A DNA stretch of 35,469 bases, taken from the UHGV virus genome UHGV-0197534; one strand, given 5' to 3'. The notes under the pieces were generated by a model that saw nothing but the letters and a program-made list of their open reading frames with translations, ran no database searches and was not told where the DNA came from. Shown here piece by piece: positions 17,144-25,760 of the stretch; the stretch's first letter is position 1; each line of letters starts with the position of its first letter. Source of the DNA: a virus. A program made the translations under genes and the position numbers.

Positions 17144-17516
17144 TCACTCCCATTCTTTGCCGGCGTAAGCCTAAACGTTTAAGCTCAGTATCTTTAATAA
17201 ACAAGCCTCCGCCTGGAACAAGATAGGACCCTGAAACGCTATAACCCATTGCGCCCTCTGAGAACTGCGTCATTGGTTCCTGATCGGTTGAGGTCATAAG
17301 TGTACGAGCTACCACATCAACCACTACAGACTTAACGACAGTCGCGTAAGATGGACGTTCCTCTGTCATCGCATCTAGGTCTTTGCCGACTTTGTGCGCT
17401 TCCTCTCTCAACGAATCAGAAACAACCTCAAGCAATGACTCTGCACGATCCACTTCATCCATCTTAAGAGTGCGCCATAAATTACTTAAATCAGTAATCG
17501 TTGCGAATGGTTGCAC
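17097..17516 (-). CDS. Head-tail connector (gp6-like, DNA-packaging) protein
   Basis: 139 aa; N-terminal helical segment ATITDLSNLWRTL ... LLEVVSDSLREE, typical of the gp6/gp15-like family. Confidence 0.55.
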   Translation of the reverse strand: MQPFATITDLSNLWRTLKMDEVDRAESLLEVVSDSLREEAHKVGKDLDAMTEERPSYATVVKSVVVDVVARTLMTSTDQEPMTQFSEGAMGYSVSGSYLVPGGGLFIKDTELKRLGLRRQRMGVIEPYGQIERHNNYPC

Positions 17517-17520
17517 GTGA

Positions 17521-17814
17521 TCACTCCCCTTGCATCATCAAATCATACAGTTCTTGTTTTTTAGCACGAGGATCATACTTGATTTTCATTGCATCTAGTT
17601 CCTGCATAATGTCTTTTTTAGTGACATCTGCTAAATCATCAGATGCAGCGTTTGCTGCATCTTCTTGTTCGGTTTCTTCTGTTGGAGTGATTACTACCGA
17701 AACAGGAGTATCATTAACCTGTTCTTGTTCTTCATCAATTAGCTTCCAGTTTCCGCCGCTTACAACGCAAGGCGTGGTAATGACCACGCCTGTTCTAGTA
17801 TTTTTGTAATTCAT
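17521..17814 (-). CDS. Head protein with Rho N-terminal-like domain
   Basis: ATG at 17814 after AGGTGG RBS. C-terminal DIMQELDAMKIKYDPRAKKQELYDLM resembles a Rho_N-like motif common in phage head proteins. Confidence 0.45.
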   Translation of the reverse strand: MNYKNTRTGVVITTPCVVSGGNWKLIDEEQEQVNDTPVSVVITPTEETEQEDAANAASDDLADVTKKDIMQELDAMKIKYDPRAKKQELYDLMMQGE

Positions 17815-17815
17815 G

Positions 17816-18718
17816 CTATTCGCCACCTCCGGTAGTTTTAACAATACGAGCAAAGCTGTTAGCGTCCATGATGCCCCATCCTAAGAATGTTTCAGAACGT
17901 AGGTAAACTTGATTGTATCCTTTCAAGTCATTACCTGAGTTGTCTGGATCACCATATTCGATAACTTCTAATGGAATCTCTTTCGCAAATCCCCATTGGA
18001 AGAAATTAGCAAAATCCCCAATGATGGCTACGTCATTAGAGCCACCTGACACCGTATTATTAATATCAGCTTTTAGGCCATTGATAGAACCTGGATTAGC
18101 TCCCCAAGCAAGCTCAGGGAACAAGCGAATATTTGTGTCTCCGCCTGTGCGCATTGCTGCTAATGCCGCCGAGAACTGCGTATCTGCTGCCAGACCAGTC
18201 ACAATACCTTCTTCTCCTTGAATCAACGCGACAGCTGCTTCGATATTTGCATCTGGATCAGATGGTGAGAATGTAACTGTTTGAGTTACCTTGCTGTCGA
18301 AATGTTTGTCGCCAATAACTGTAGACGCTGCACCAGTACGTGGGTTGATCCCATGAAATGCCATTAAATCAATACCACGAGCAAGCTTTTTAGCATATCC
18401 CTCGTTAAAGCCTTTGATTACATCAATTTTCTTTTCATCAGATGAGTACATGAATTCGTCAGAAACACGCGCGCCATACTCAACTTTGATAGGCACCATT
18501 TTAACTGGCTCTAATGAAATGCCACCGTGTGATTTCTTCCCATTTTCAGCTACAATATCAATTTCAGAATCCATCGTGAAAACAAACTCTGTTTGTCCAT
18601 CAAATGGAATCGCTTCTTGCTGCGAAAGAATAGCTAACGAACTTTTGCCTTTCACCTTGTTAATTAAGTCTGTTACTAATTCAGGTTCAAATAAACTTCC
18701 TCTTGATAATGTTGTCAT
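17816..18718 (-). CDS. Major capsid protein
   Basis: 300 aa directly after the scaffold gene; Gly/Ala-rich composition typical of siphovirus MCPs. Confidence 0.75.
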   Translation of the reverse strand: MTTLSRGSLFEPELVTDLINKVKGKSSLAILSQQEAIPFDGQTEFVFTMDSEIDIVAENGKKSHGGISLEPVKMVPIKVEYGARVSDEFMYSSDEKKIDVIKGFNEGYAKKLARGIDLMAFHGINPRTGAASTVIGDKHFDSKVTQTVTFSPSDPDANIEAAVALIQGEEGIVTGLAADTQFSAALAAMRTGGDTNIRLFPELAWGANPGSINGLKADINNTVSGGSNDVAIIGDFANFFQWGFAKEIPLEVIEYGDPDNSGNDLKGYNQVYLRSETFLGWGIMDANSFARIVKTTGGGE

Positions 18719-18722
18719 ATTG

Positions 18723-19199
18723 TTATTCTCCCTCTTTATTTAATCCTTCGATTAATTTTTTATATGGTTCATCTTTTTCATCACCTAATGGCGGTTCAGT
18801 ATCTTTTAAAGGTGGTACTGGTTTCTGAGATTTAACAAATCCAGAAAGACGCTCTGCATCAGCTTTCAAACTATCTTCATCCTCACCAACTAAACGGTCA
18901 GCAAGATCAAGCGGTAATCCATTTTGAATGGCAATTCGTGTTCTTAAGTTAGCCGTTTCGTAGCTAGTCACTTTTGCATTCAATTCCGCAATTGTTTGAT
19001 CATATTGTGAAGCAGCATTTTTTGATTCTTCTGCAGCTGTCTTTAATGCACCAACTTCATTTTCTAGTTCCTCATTACGAGTTTTGAGCTGGTCATAATC
19101 ACCAAATTGCTTTTCCAAGGACTCTTTTTGACGATCCAAGCGCTCCCGAATAATTTGGTCCAACTCTTGTTGTGTTTCAATTACTTTAAAATCTGACAT
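18723..19199 (-). CDS. Capsid scaffolding protein
   Basis: 158 aa, highly charged coiled coil (LDQIIRERLDRQKESLEKQ ... ); immediately upstream of the MCP. Confidence 0.7.
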   Translation of the reverse strand: MSDFKVIETQQELDQIIRERLDRQKESLEKQFGDYDQLKTRNEELENEVGALKTAAEESKNAASQYDQTIAELNAKVTSYETANLRTRIAIQNGLPLDLADRLVGEDEDSLKADAERLSGFVKSQKPVPPLKDTEPPLGDEKDEPYKKLIEGLNKEGE

Positions 19200-19250
19200 G
19201 TTAAACGTCCTTTCTCCTGCTTGCCCGGCAGTTCGGTAATTTTGTGTATT

Positions 19251-19275
19251 AAAAAAACGACTTCCGAAAAAGTCG
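19251..19275 (-). terminator. Rho-independent terminator immediately after the terL stop
   Basis: Minus strand GCGACTTTTTCGGAAGTCG followed by TTTTTTT (plus A7 at 19251..19257); sits between terL and scaffold. Confidence 0.5.
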
Positions 19276-19276
19276 C

Positions 19277-20692
19277 TTAATACCTGATTTGTTGTTTTGA
19301 TTTAGGCTTCTTATTAACGCAAGCCCAATGCGCTAAAAGTGCGCTATCCATTAGACTTATATCCATATCATCGAATTGCGATTTATATCCGAACCCACCA
19401 CTTGAACCAATATTTCGTTTTTCACAATTGGTTACAACAGTGGTTAATGAAGGTTGATCATTGTGGCAAATTGATTTCTGGAAAATACCTTGTTCCCATG
19501 AAGAGTTTGCATTAATGATTTCTGATACCTTTGGTAAAATTGGACTCTTTAACCTAAAGTCTTTCATTTCCTTCACTAAAATACTTTGACCGCTTTGACC
19601 ATCAATCGTTACTGCAGCTACATCAGCATTCTTAAGAAAATTAATGATCCACTGATTACCGTTTCTAACTGATTGACAATCGATTGTTTCAACAAACACT
19701 TTTCCTGATAAAGTTCGAACAGCTATGCTCATTGCAACATTCGCACCATCATTTCCATATTTGATACCTACAAATAGTGGGCCTTTGAAAACAGGTAAAC
19801 GGCTGACTTTCAATCCTTCCCATTCTGTTGCGGAAATTGCAGACTTTTGATTGTACTTTGGCCAATATCCTAGACGCTGGACGTTATGGTCCAGTTCATC
19901 TTCTCCTAGTTCGGCTTCAATTTTGCGTTCGTTCAAGTGATAGCCCATTGATGGATTTGAGTTGTACCATGCTTCAACATCATGAATGTCTTTCATTTCA
20001 TCAACAGACCATTCCGCCCAGCCCGAATACTTTGATTTGCCGAACAGAACCTTATCACGATAATGAGTAAACACCGTACCGCTAGAAACAGGTGTCGGCG
20101 GCGTTCCACACATTATTGTCATCGGGTTATCACTATCAGATACCGTATATTTTAAGGCGGACTCTTGCTCAGTCGTATACTCTTGTGCTTCATCGACTAT
20201 GAGTAGATCAAACCCTTCACCAAGACCACCGCTGGAAGTTCTTGTACGAAATTGAATGACCCCACCACTTTTATAAAGTTCTAATCGCTCTTGACCTTTT
20301 GCCTTAATGGAATTAAAGTCTTCGCCTTCTATATAGCCCGAATCTTCAAGCAACTTTTTCACTTGTTCGAATGAAGAATGTGACGTGCTAATCCTATGAG
20401 CAGTGTGTAGTATGCTGAGTCCTTCTTCTAATGCATCTAACTCGACTATATACACAATTTCTGTTTTACCATTCCTACGAGGTATGGAGAAACCGAACTT
20501 TTGATGAATCCATAATCCATCATTATCTATAGCCATCATGGGATTAAGCATGTTTCCTTGCCATTTGTAGCATTTACGGCCTGTTCGCTGATAGCGGTCA
20601 ATCGCTCGTTGAGACATGGATTTTTCTTTGTCATATGGCAATATTACCGATTGAGTAGGATGCTGATTACCAAGTCTTACTTTAGTAGTCAT
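19277..20692 (-). CDS. terL: Terminase large subunit
   Basis: 471 aa. Deviant Walker A (SIPRRNGKTE), Walker B (LLIVDEAQE), and C-terminal nuclease-like region with acidic residues (DMDISLMDSALLAHW). Confidence 0.85.
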   Translation of the reverse strand: MTTKVRLGNQHPTQSVILPYDKEKSMSQRAIDRYQRTGRKCYKWQGNMLNPMMAIDNDGLWIHQKFGFSIPRRNGKTEIVYIVELDALEEGLSILHTAHRISTSHSSFEQVKKLLEDSGYIEGEDFNSIKAKGQERLELYKSGGVIQFRTRTSSGGLGEGFDLLIVDEAQEYTTEQESALKYTVSDSDNPMTIMCGTPPTPVSSGTVFTHYRDKVLFGKSKYSGWAEWSVDEMKDIHDVEAWYNSNPSMGYHLNERKIEAELGEDELDHNVQRLGYWPKYNQKSAISATEWEGLKVSRLPVFKGPLFVGIKYGNDGANVAMSIAVRTLSGKVFVETIDCQSVRNGNQWIINFLKNADVAAVTIDGQSGQSILVKEMKDFRLKSPILPKVSEIINANSSWEQGIFQKSICHNDQPSLTTVVTNCEKRNIGSSGGFGYKSQFDDMDISLMDSALLAHWACVNKKPKSKQQIRY

Positions 20693-20743
20693 ATTGATCC
20701 CCCTTCAATCATTTGCTGCATGATAACCCTATCGCTGGGAATA

Positions 20744-20938
20744 CTACTTTCTTTTTTTCTTTTTGCCTACCTGACCTTCAATAGAAACGGTTATGATCAC
20801 TTTATCGTTCATCTTTTCAGGTACGTTGATTTCTTCTAGCGCCTTGGTGATCGCTTCGCTTGCACTTCTACAGGTAACAAACGTAAAATCACGCCATCGC
20901 CCCCACGCTTGACTAAATGAGACTTTGAACACAATCAC
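20744..20938 (-). CDS. Hypothetical small basic protein
   Basis: GTG start after AAGGAGG RBS; 64 aa with Lys-rich tail. Too small and featureless to call a small terminase. Confidence 0.4.
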   Translation of the reverse strand: MIVFKVSFSQAWGRWRDFTFVTCRSASEAITKALEEINVPEKMNDKVIITVSIEGQVGKKKKRK

Positions 20939-21106
20939 TTTTTCTTGTCCTCCTTCGGTTTATCTGGCAGTCGTTCTCTTGGCAACACAAAAAGCCCGAC
21001 AATCTGTCTCAGAGTCATCGGGATAGAATACTTATTTTGTTTTGACATAAAACCGCTCCTTTTTTGTACAAAAATAGCACTCAATCACTTATTCATGATT
21101 GGGTGC

Positions 21107-21367
21107 TTATTCTGAAATCTCTTTGTATACGGCATCTAAGTTTAATTCATTCCATTCTGGCGTGCCCAAAAAGAATAGGTTTCCTAGAGATTGCTTTCTA
21201 TCAAATACTAATAAGAAAGGTTGACCAATACAAGGCTGTATCTCTCCAAAGTCAGGATAAAGATAAATGTGTTCGCTATTTTCTTTTCCGATTTTCCATG
21301 TTGAAACATCTTCATTGATAAAATCAGGAATGTTGCTTTCGCTAATGATCAGCTCCAAATTTTTCAT
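21107..21367 (-). CDS. Small acidic protein (candidate immunity protein for the MuF C-terminal domain)
   Basis: 86 aa, immediately downstream of the extended MuF-like gene (4-nt gap). Confidence 0.4.
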   Translation of the reverse strand: MKNLELIISESNIPDFINEDVSTWKIGKENSEHIYLYPDFGEIQPCIGQPFLLVFDRKQSLGNLFFLGTPEWNELNLDAVYKEISE

Positions 21368-21371
21368 TGCT

Positions 21372-22748
21372 TTATCCTCCTTTTTTTGAAATTGCTATTT
21401 TCTTAACAATACTTGGATTAATCTCCAAGTTATCTATTCTACAATAGTTTAAGCTTTTGGGTTGTGCCTTTCTAATAGCAAAATATTCATCAATAGGTGC
21501 AATTGAACCGCTCTGTGCATCAACGATAGAAAGAACACCGTTGATTCGTTCCATATTCACTATGTGAGCACCATTTTTTTGCCAAGCCATGCTGAGTGTG
21601 TATCTTTCCCCGTCTTTGACGATTTTCTCTAACTTAGCATAATTTTGCTTCATAGTTCGACCGCCTAAAACTGTAGGGCTAACAGGTTCTTTTGTCACTG
21701 GATCAACAAAGGCTCTGACAGTCTTCAGTCCTCGCCTGCCATTATCGTAATAAACAATTTCACTAAATGGATCATCCCAAATGCTTCTATCGGTTGCAGA
21801 CATTGCTTCGACTTCTAACCCTCTTCGTCTCATTTCATAAGTAGGTACGCAACGTTGGCAATTTACTTGGTATTCGCTGCCCTTGTAGTAATTAGGGTTC
21901 GCGTTGCTTCTGTCAGCATTTTCTACTGTCATTGGTTTGCCTAGCCTTGCATCGATCATGTTTGCAATATCTCGGTTGCTGGCTTTCGATAAATCAAGCG
22001 CTTCAAGTTCTTTTGATAACTTAATTCTAGCACGCTTTTTTTCGTCTTGCCATCTCTTCGACCAAACATTTTTTCGCCTTCCGTCTCCTGGATCATAATC
22101 AACAGTGCACTGACATCGTTCATGTCGTCTATATATATCATCAGGAGCAGTCTCGTAGTCATATGATCCTGCCAGACTTCGGCACCATTTACATGCATGT
22201 CCAGAAACACGGCGTATGATTTTAGGATGCAAACCGCTTTTTGACTGAAATCCGGCATTCTTTTTAATGGAATCATCTACAATACTTTGACTAAAATTCA
22301 CTATCGGTTCATCAAGCATCCACTTAATTTTATCGAAATCAGGCTCGCTTGATATTCGATTGACAATCCCGTTGATTCGATCCTGATTTATATCAGGGAT
22401 TTGAGTTTTCAAGTATAACCCTGCGGCCTGATTCAATTGTTTTTGAACATCGCCTGCATAACCGGAAACAAGATCGTAGTTGTTTTTCATCGTTGGTTGA
22501 ATAATTCGCTCAGCAATGTTGTAGTACATCTTGCCGTCTGGCAATACTTTTTTGGTCAGGTTCTTTGCGTAAATAGAGGCTAATATTTCACCAAGTTCAA
22601 TTGCAAAACCATTCGCATCTAAATAGGTTGCTTCTTTCTTCTTCAATGCGATTGCAGCATTCTTCAGTTTAGCGCTCTTTTTTGTTCGTTCGTCAAATTG
22701 ATGTTGAATGGATTCAAGGAGTCCTGGAACAATATCATCCATTGTCAT
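21372..22748 (-). CDS. MuF-like (SPP1 gp7 family) minor head protein with a roughly 200-aa C-terminal extension
   Basis: 458 aa. Conserved C..C ... H..C.C signature (HACKWCRSL ... RRHERCQCT) of phage head-morphogenesis/MuF proteins at residues 180-215. Located right after the portal. Confidence 0.55.
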   Translation of the reverse strand: MTMDDIVPGLLESIQHQFDERTKKSAKLKNAAIALKKKEATYLDANGFAIELGEILASIYAKNLTKKVLPDGKMYYNIAERIIQPTMKNNYDLVSGYAGDVQKQLNQAAGLYLKTQIPDINQDRINGIVNRISSEPDFDKIKWMLDEPIVNFSQSIVDDSIKKNAGFQSKSGLHPKIIRRVSGHACKWCRSLAGSYDYETAPDDIYRRHERCQCTVDYDPGDGRRKNVWSKRWQDEKKRARIKLSKELEALDLSKASNRDIANMIDARLGKPMTVENADRSNANPNYYKGSEYQVNCQRCVPTYEMRRRGLEVEAMSATDRSIWDDPFSEIVYYDNGRRGLKTVRAFVDPVTKEPVSPTVLGGRTMKQNYAKLEKIVKDGERYTLSMAWQKNGAHIVNMERINGVLSIVDAQSGSIAPIDEYFAIRKAQPKSLNYCRIDNLEINPSIVKKIAISKKGG

Positions 22749-23976
22749 TCGCTCCTTTAATCCCTGTCAGATCACGAATAGTTTCACCGTTGATGTATTC
22801 AGGAATTGCCGTGTTTATTTTTTGCACTCCGTCACCAATTAATCCTAGCGTAGACATATCCGCCTCAAATAGCGGCTCCCATTTTGGTTCGGTAGTCATG
22901 AACTGACTTCGCATGTATGGGAAATCATCTCTTAAACATGCTGCTAAATATGCCACATTCAAAAAGCCTGATCCAAAACAACGTTGCGCTTTTCTTCCGG
23001 CAAGTCTCAAATTCTCGTGACTAGCTTTTATTGCTTCTACACTCGATGGGTTGTCTGAGGCAAACCCTAAATCATCCAATGTTAAACCACTTTCGCCGGC
23101 AAATCCAGCTGCAGCAGTTTTAAGTTGCTCGGTGAACGGTGTCATGCTTGATGTTGTGAACTGGCCAAGAGTTGGCTTTTCTCCATCTTCACCTTTTGTG
23201 AATTCAAGCATTGCAGAAACCGTTGCTTTCCAACTATCTAACGGCTCTGAATCAGGATCAGTACCAACAACATACTTTTGTGGGAAAGAATAGAACTCAG
23301 CCGTCACGTCTGCACGCACCAGTGTTCTTTTTGCATTTCTTTGCCAATACATACCGGCTCGTGTAATTCTTGAACGTCCAAAAGGCCGCACGGCATCCGG
23401 TCGATGAATAATCGGAACTAACAACGGATGACCTGTCGGATTATCAAGCGAGAAGTTCTCAACATTCTTATCCGCATAATAAAAGGTTGTTTGATCTCCG
23501 GTGAAGTATGCTTCAACTGAAGGTTTGTTGTTTTCATCTCGTTCAAGTACAGCGTACCCTTCCTTAAGCAAGCCTGTAGTTTCATCAATCACACCAGTCG
23601 CATTGCTCGCTTCAATAACTTGTAACCGTGGTATTTCGTCCTCTCCGTTTGAAATATAAACAAAAGAACACGATGCTATCAAGGCTGACAACACCGCGCT
23701 ATCGAAGAATACATCGGGATTATTAGCCCTAAATATTTCATTTACATCAAAATTGTCATTTGCGAACTCACGAAATATTAATCGATCTGCAAGGCTATCA
23801 ACTGTTTTTGCTGACCACCCCAAAACTGCTTTGTATTGATCCCTTATTTTTTTTGGAATGGTAAATCCAATTTCATATTCCTTATTTTTCATCGAGTAAT
23901 GTTCATAACGCATATTCACTCGCGAACGGCGCGAACTCAGCTTTTTCTTTAAGTATTCCATTCCTTGCATTCCCAT
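22735..23976 (-). CDS. Portal protein (SPP1 gp6-like)
   Basis: 413 aa. Segments resembling the SPP1 portal (YFTGDQTTFYYADK cf. ELYTDTHVYYYEK; VPIIHRP cf. VPIIPF). AAGGAG RBS 8 nt upstream. Confidence 0.65.
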   Translation of the reverse strand: MGMQGMEYLKKKLSSRRSRVNMRYEHYSMKNKEYEIGFTIPKKIRDQYKAVLGWSAKTVDSLADRLIFREFANDNFDVNEIFRANNPDVFFDSAVLSALIASCSFVYISNGEDEIPRLQVIEASNATGVIDETTGLLKEGYAVLERDENNKPSVEAYFTGDQTTFYYADKNVENFSLDNPTGHPLLVPIIHRPDAVRPFGRSRITRAGMYWQRNAKRTLVRADVTAEFYSFPQKYVVGTDPDSEPLDSWKATVSAMLEFTKGEDGEKPTLGQFTTSSMTPFTEQLKTAAAGFAGESGLTLDDLGFASDNPSSVEAIKASHENLRLAGRKAQRCFGSGFLNVAYLAACLRDDFPYMRSQFMTTEPKWEPLFEADMSTLGLIGDGVQKINTAIPEYINGETIRDLTGIKGANDNG

Positions 23977-24029
23977 TTAGTCAGCTCCTTGGATGTCGCG
24001 CGAGAAAAAATGTACAGTGACTGCGTGAA

Positions 24030-24066
24030 GGTCGGCTGCCAGCCGGTCGGGGGAGGTATCCCCCCT
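24030..24066. repeat. Two adjacent GC-rich dyad symmetries (CGGCTG-C-CAGCCG; GGGGGA-GGTA-TCCCCC)
   Basis: Compositionally anomalous GC-rich palindromes in the AT-rich intergenic region between the HNH and portal genes. Confidence 0.5.
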
Positions 24067-24114
24067 ATATTTCTCTTGCGATTACTTCTTTTTTATTTTC
24101 TAAAACTTTTATTT

Positions 24115-24465
24115 TTATTTTTTTGTTGAACTATATAAACTCCAATTAATACTTTGAGGAAGGTTCCTATTACCTATTACTTTCTTTTCTTGCTGATTAT
24201 TTTGCTGATTGTTAAACAACTTGTCTGACTTCTGTCTGTTGCATGTCCAATGGGCAAGTTGCAGGTTCTTTATCGCTGATGGATGTCCACCTTTTGATAC
24301 TGGAATCAGGTGGTCAATAACTGGTGACATTGGATCAGGTGACTTCAACTTCTTGTTAACCGGCTTACCACAGATGCCACAAACATTTTGAGTCTTTAGT
24401 ATTCTCTTTTTATTCTTTTCATAAGCAACGCGATGTTTACCTTGTTTATCAGCTCTAAGGGTCAT
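24115..24465 (-). CDS. HNH endonuclease
   Basis: ATG at 24465 after AAAAGGAGA RBS. CGICGKP ... IDHLIPVSKGGHP ... NLQLAHWTCNRQK HNH motifs; packaging-module-associated position. Confidence 0.8.
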   Translation of the reverse strand: MTLRADKQGKHRVAYEKNKKRILKTQNVCGICGKPVNKKLKSPDPMSPVIDHLIPVSKGGHPSAIKNLQLAHWTCNRQKSDKLFNNQQNNQQEKKVIGNRNLPQSINWSLYSSTKK

Positions 24466-24518
24466 AGGGGGTCTCCTTTTATCTACTGGCGGTATCAACT
24501 TATTTATACTAAAGTTTA

Positions 24519-24592
24519 TGGACCTTGTAGGATTCGAACCCACGACCAGCCTGTCATGAGCAGGCAGCTCTAACCAACTGAGCTAAAGGTCC
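24519..24592 (-). tRNA. tRNA-Met (anticodon CAT; could alternatively be the lysidine-modified Ile type)
   Basis: Cloverleaf on the minus strand: acceptor GGACCTT/AAGGTCC, D-arm GCTCAGTTGGTTAGAGC, anticodon arm GCCTG-CTCATGA-CAGGC, T-arm GTGGG-TTCGAAT-CCTAC, discriminator A; no encoded CCA. Confidence 0.85.
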
Positions 24593-24843
24593 ATTTAGGC
24601 GGCACTTGAGTATAACTAAAGAGGAGCGACTCCCTTCTGTGTCTTTCAAGTGCCGTCATAGTTCGATCGTCTTGCAAACAATCTTGAAGAATACTGACGA
24701 GATGGAACTGTTCCACCTCCTTGTATTCTTTTTATTTTGCGACCTGCGCTGTAGATCGCAATTTATTACTTTTTAACTATAACTAATTAAAATCAAGGTT
24801 TGAATACTTTGCATGAGCTTACATTTTGTGAACATCGATGTTT

Positions 24844-25332
24844 CTAAAACAGTGTTATTTGTTTTTCTTCTGATTTCTGTTCATTGTAGTATTCAATCTC
24901 ACTGATTTTATCAAGCCTTTGACACTCTTGAGCTTCATATTCATCCAAGAATTCTAGCTTACTTCTAATGTCAGCATGTTTCTTTCTGGTGTATGAAGCG
25001 CTGTACCCGATCTTTTCTGCTATTTGTTCCAAGTTTAAGCCATCAATATACTTCATTCTGACTATCTGATTCTCTATCCCTCTGAATGATTCAATGATGG
25101 CCAACATTTCTTTGCTTTGTTTTTCTAAAACTTCGATCTCCTGCTCGATTAGTTGAATACTCTCTTCAAGCGATGACGAACGCGAATTCTCGTCTAATCG
25201 AACATCTGACAGGTCACCATAAATCCACCTATTCAATTCTAATTTAGATTTATTAAGGTTCCATTTTAAGTAAAGAATCTGATCCTGTAAGTCCTGGAAA
25301 TCTTTTAACCATTGGAATCTCACAATCGCCAC
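24844..25332 (-). CDS. ArpU/RinA-type late-gene transcriptional activator (sigma-70 region 4-like HTH)
   Basis: 162 aa. N-terminal coiled coil; C-terminal IVRMKYIDGLNLEQIAEKIGYSASYTRKKHADIRSKL sigma-r4-like HTH. Directly upstream of the packaging module. Confidence 0.55.
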   Translation of the reverse strand: MAIVRFQWLKDFQDLQDQILYLKWNLNKSKLELNRWIYGDLSDVRLDENSRSSSLEESIQLIEQEIEVLEKQSKEMLAIIESFRGIENQIVRMKYIDGLNLEQIAEKIGYSASYTRKKHADIRSKLEFLDEYEAQECQRLDKISEIEYYNEQKSEEKQITLF

Positions 25333-25532
25333 CCCTTATATGTTATAATTTGACTTGGCTAGGTCATCTCTTTTGAGGTGGCTTTTTTTGTTTTACATCT
25401 GGTTCCTGGCGACACTTGTAATGGTCAAAATAATCAATGCATTAGTAAATGCTTCTTGTTTCTCTTGCCCTTGCTTTTCAAGTGCCTTTTGCATTTTAAC
25501 TATATAGTTTGCAAAGTCGTCGTAATTAAACA

Positions 25533-25760
25533 TTACTTTCCTCCAGTCGGCAACACTTCACTCAATCCGGTTAAAAAATGACCTAACATTTGCGACTGAA
25601 ATGCTATTTTTTCTTCGTTTTCTAATGCTGCTTGGTAAATCCTGACGGCATCTAGTGAAGCATTAGCAAGTTTATCGTCAGATGATTCAACAAAACTAAA
25701 GTAAATTTCCACTCCTTCATCAATCCAATTGCTTAGTTTTTCCATCATTTCATTTTCCAT
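25533..25760 (-). CDS. Hypothetical small acidic protein
   Basis: 75 aa ORF in a minus-strand string of small genes. Confidence 0.4.
   Translation of the reverse strand: MENEMMEKLSNWIDEGVEIYFSFVESSDDKLANASLDAVRIYQAALENEEKIAFQSQMLGHFLTGLSEVLPTGGK

Noticed and set aside
24600-24843. Search for a small terminase gene or CRISPR-like repeats in the 244-nt spacer between ArpU and tRNA-Met
   Set aside because: Only a 9-bp-stem hairpin (GGCACTTGA ... TCAAGTGCC) and AT-rich sequence are present. No ORF has a credible start and RBS, and there are no regularly spaced direct repeats.
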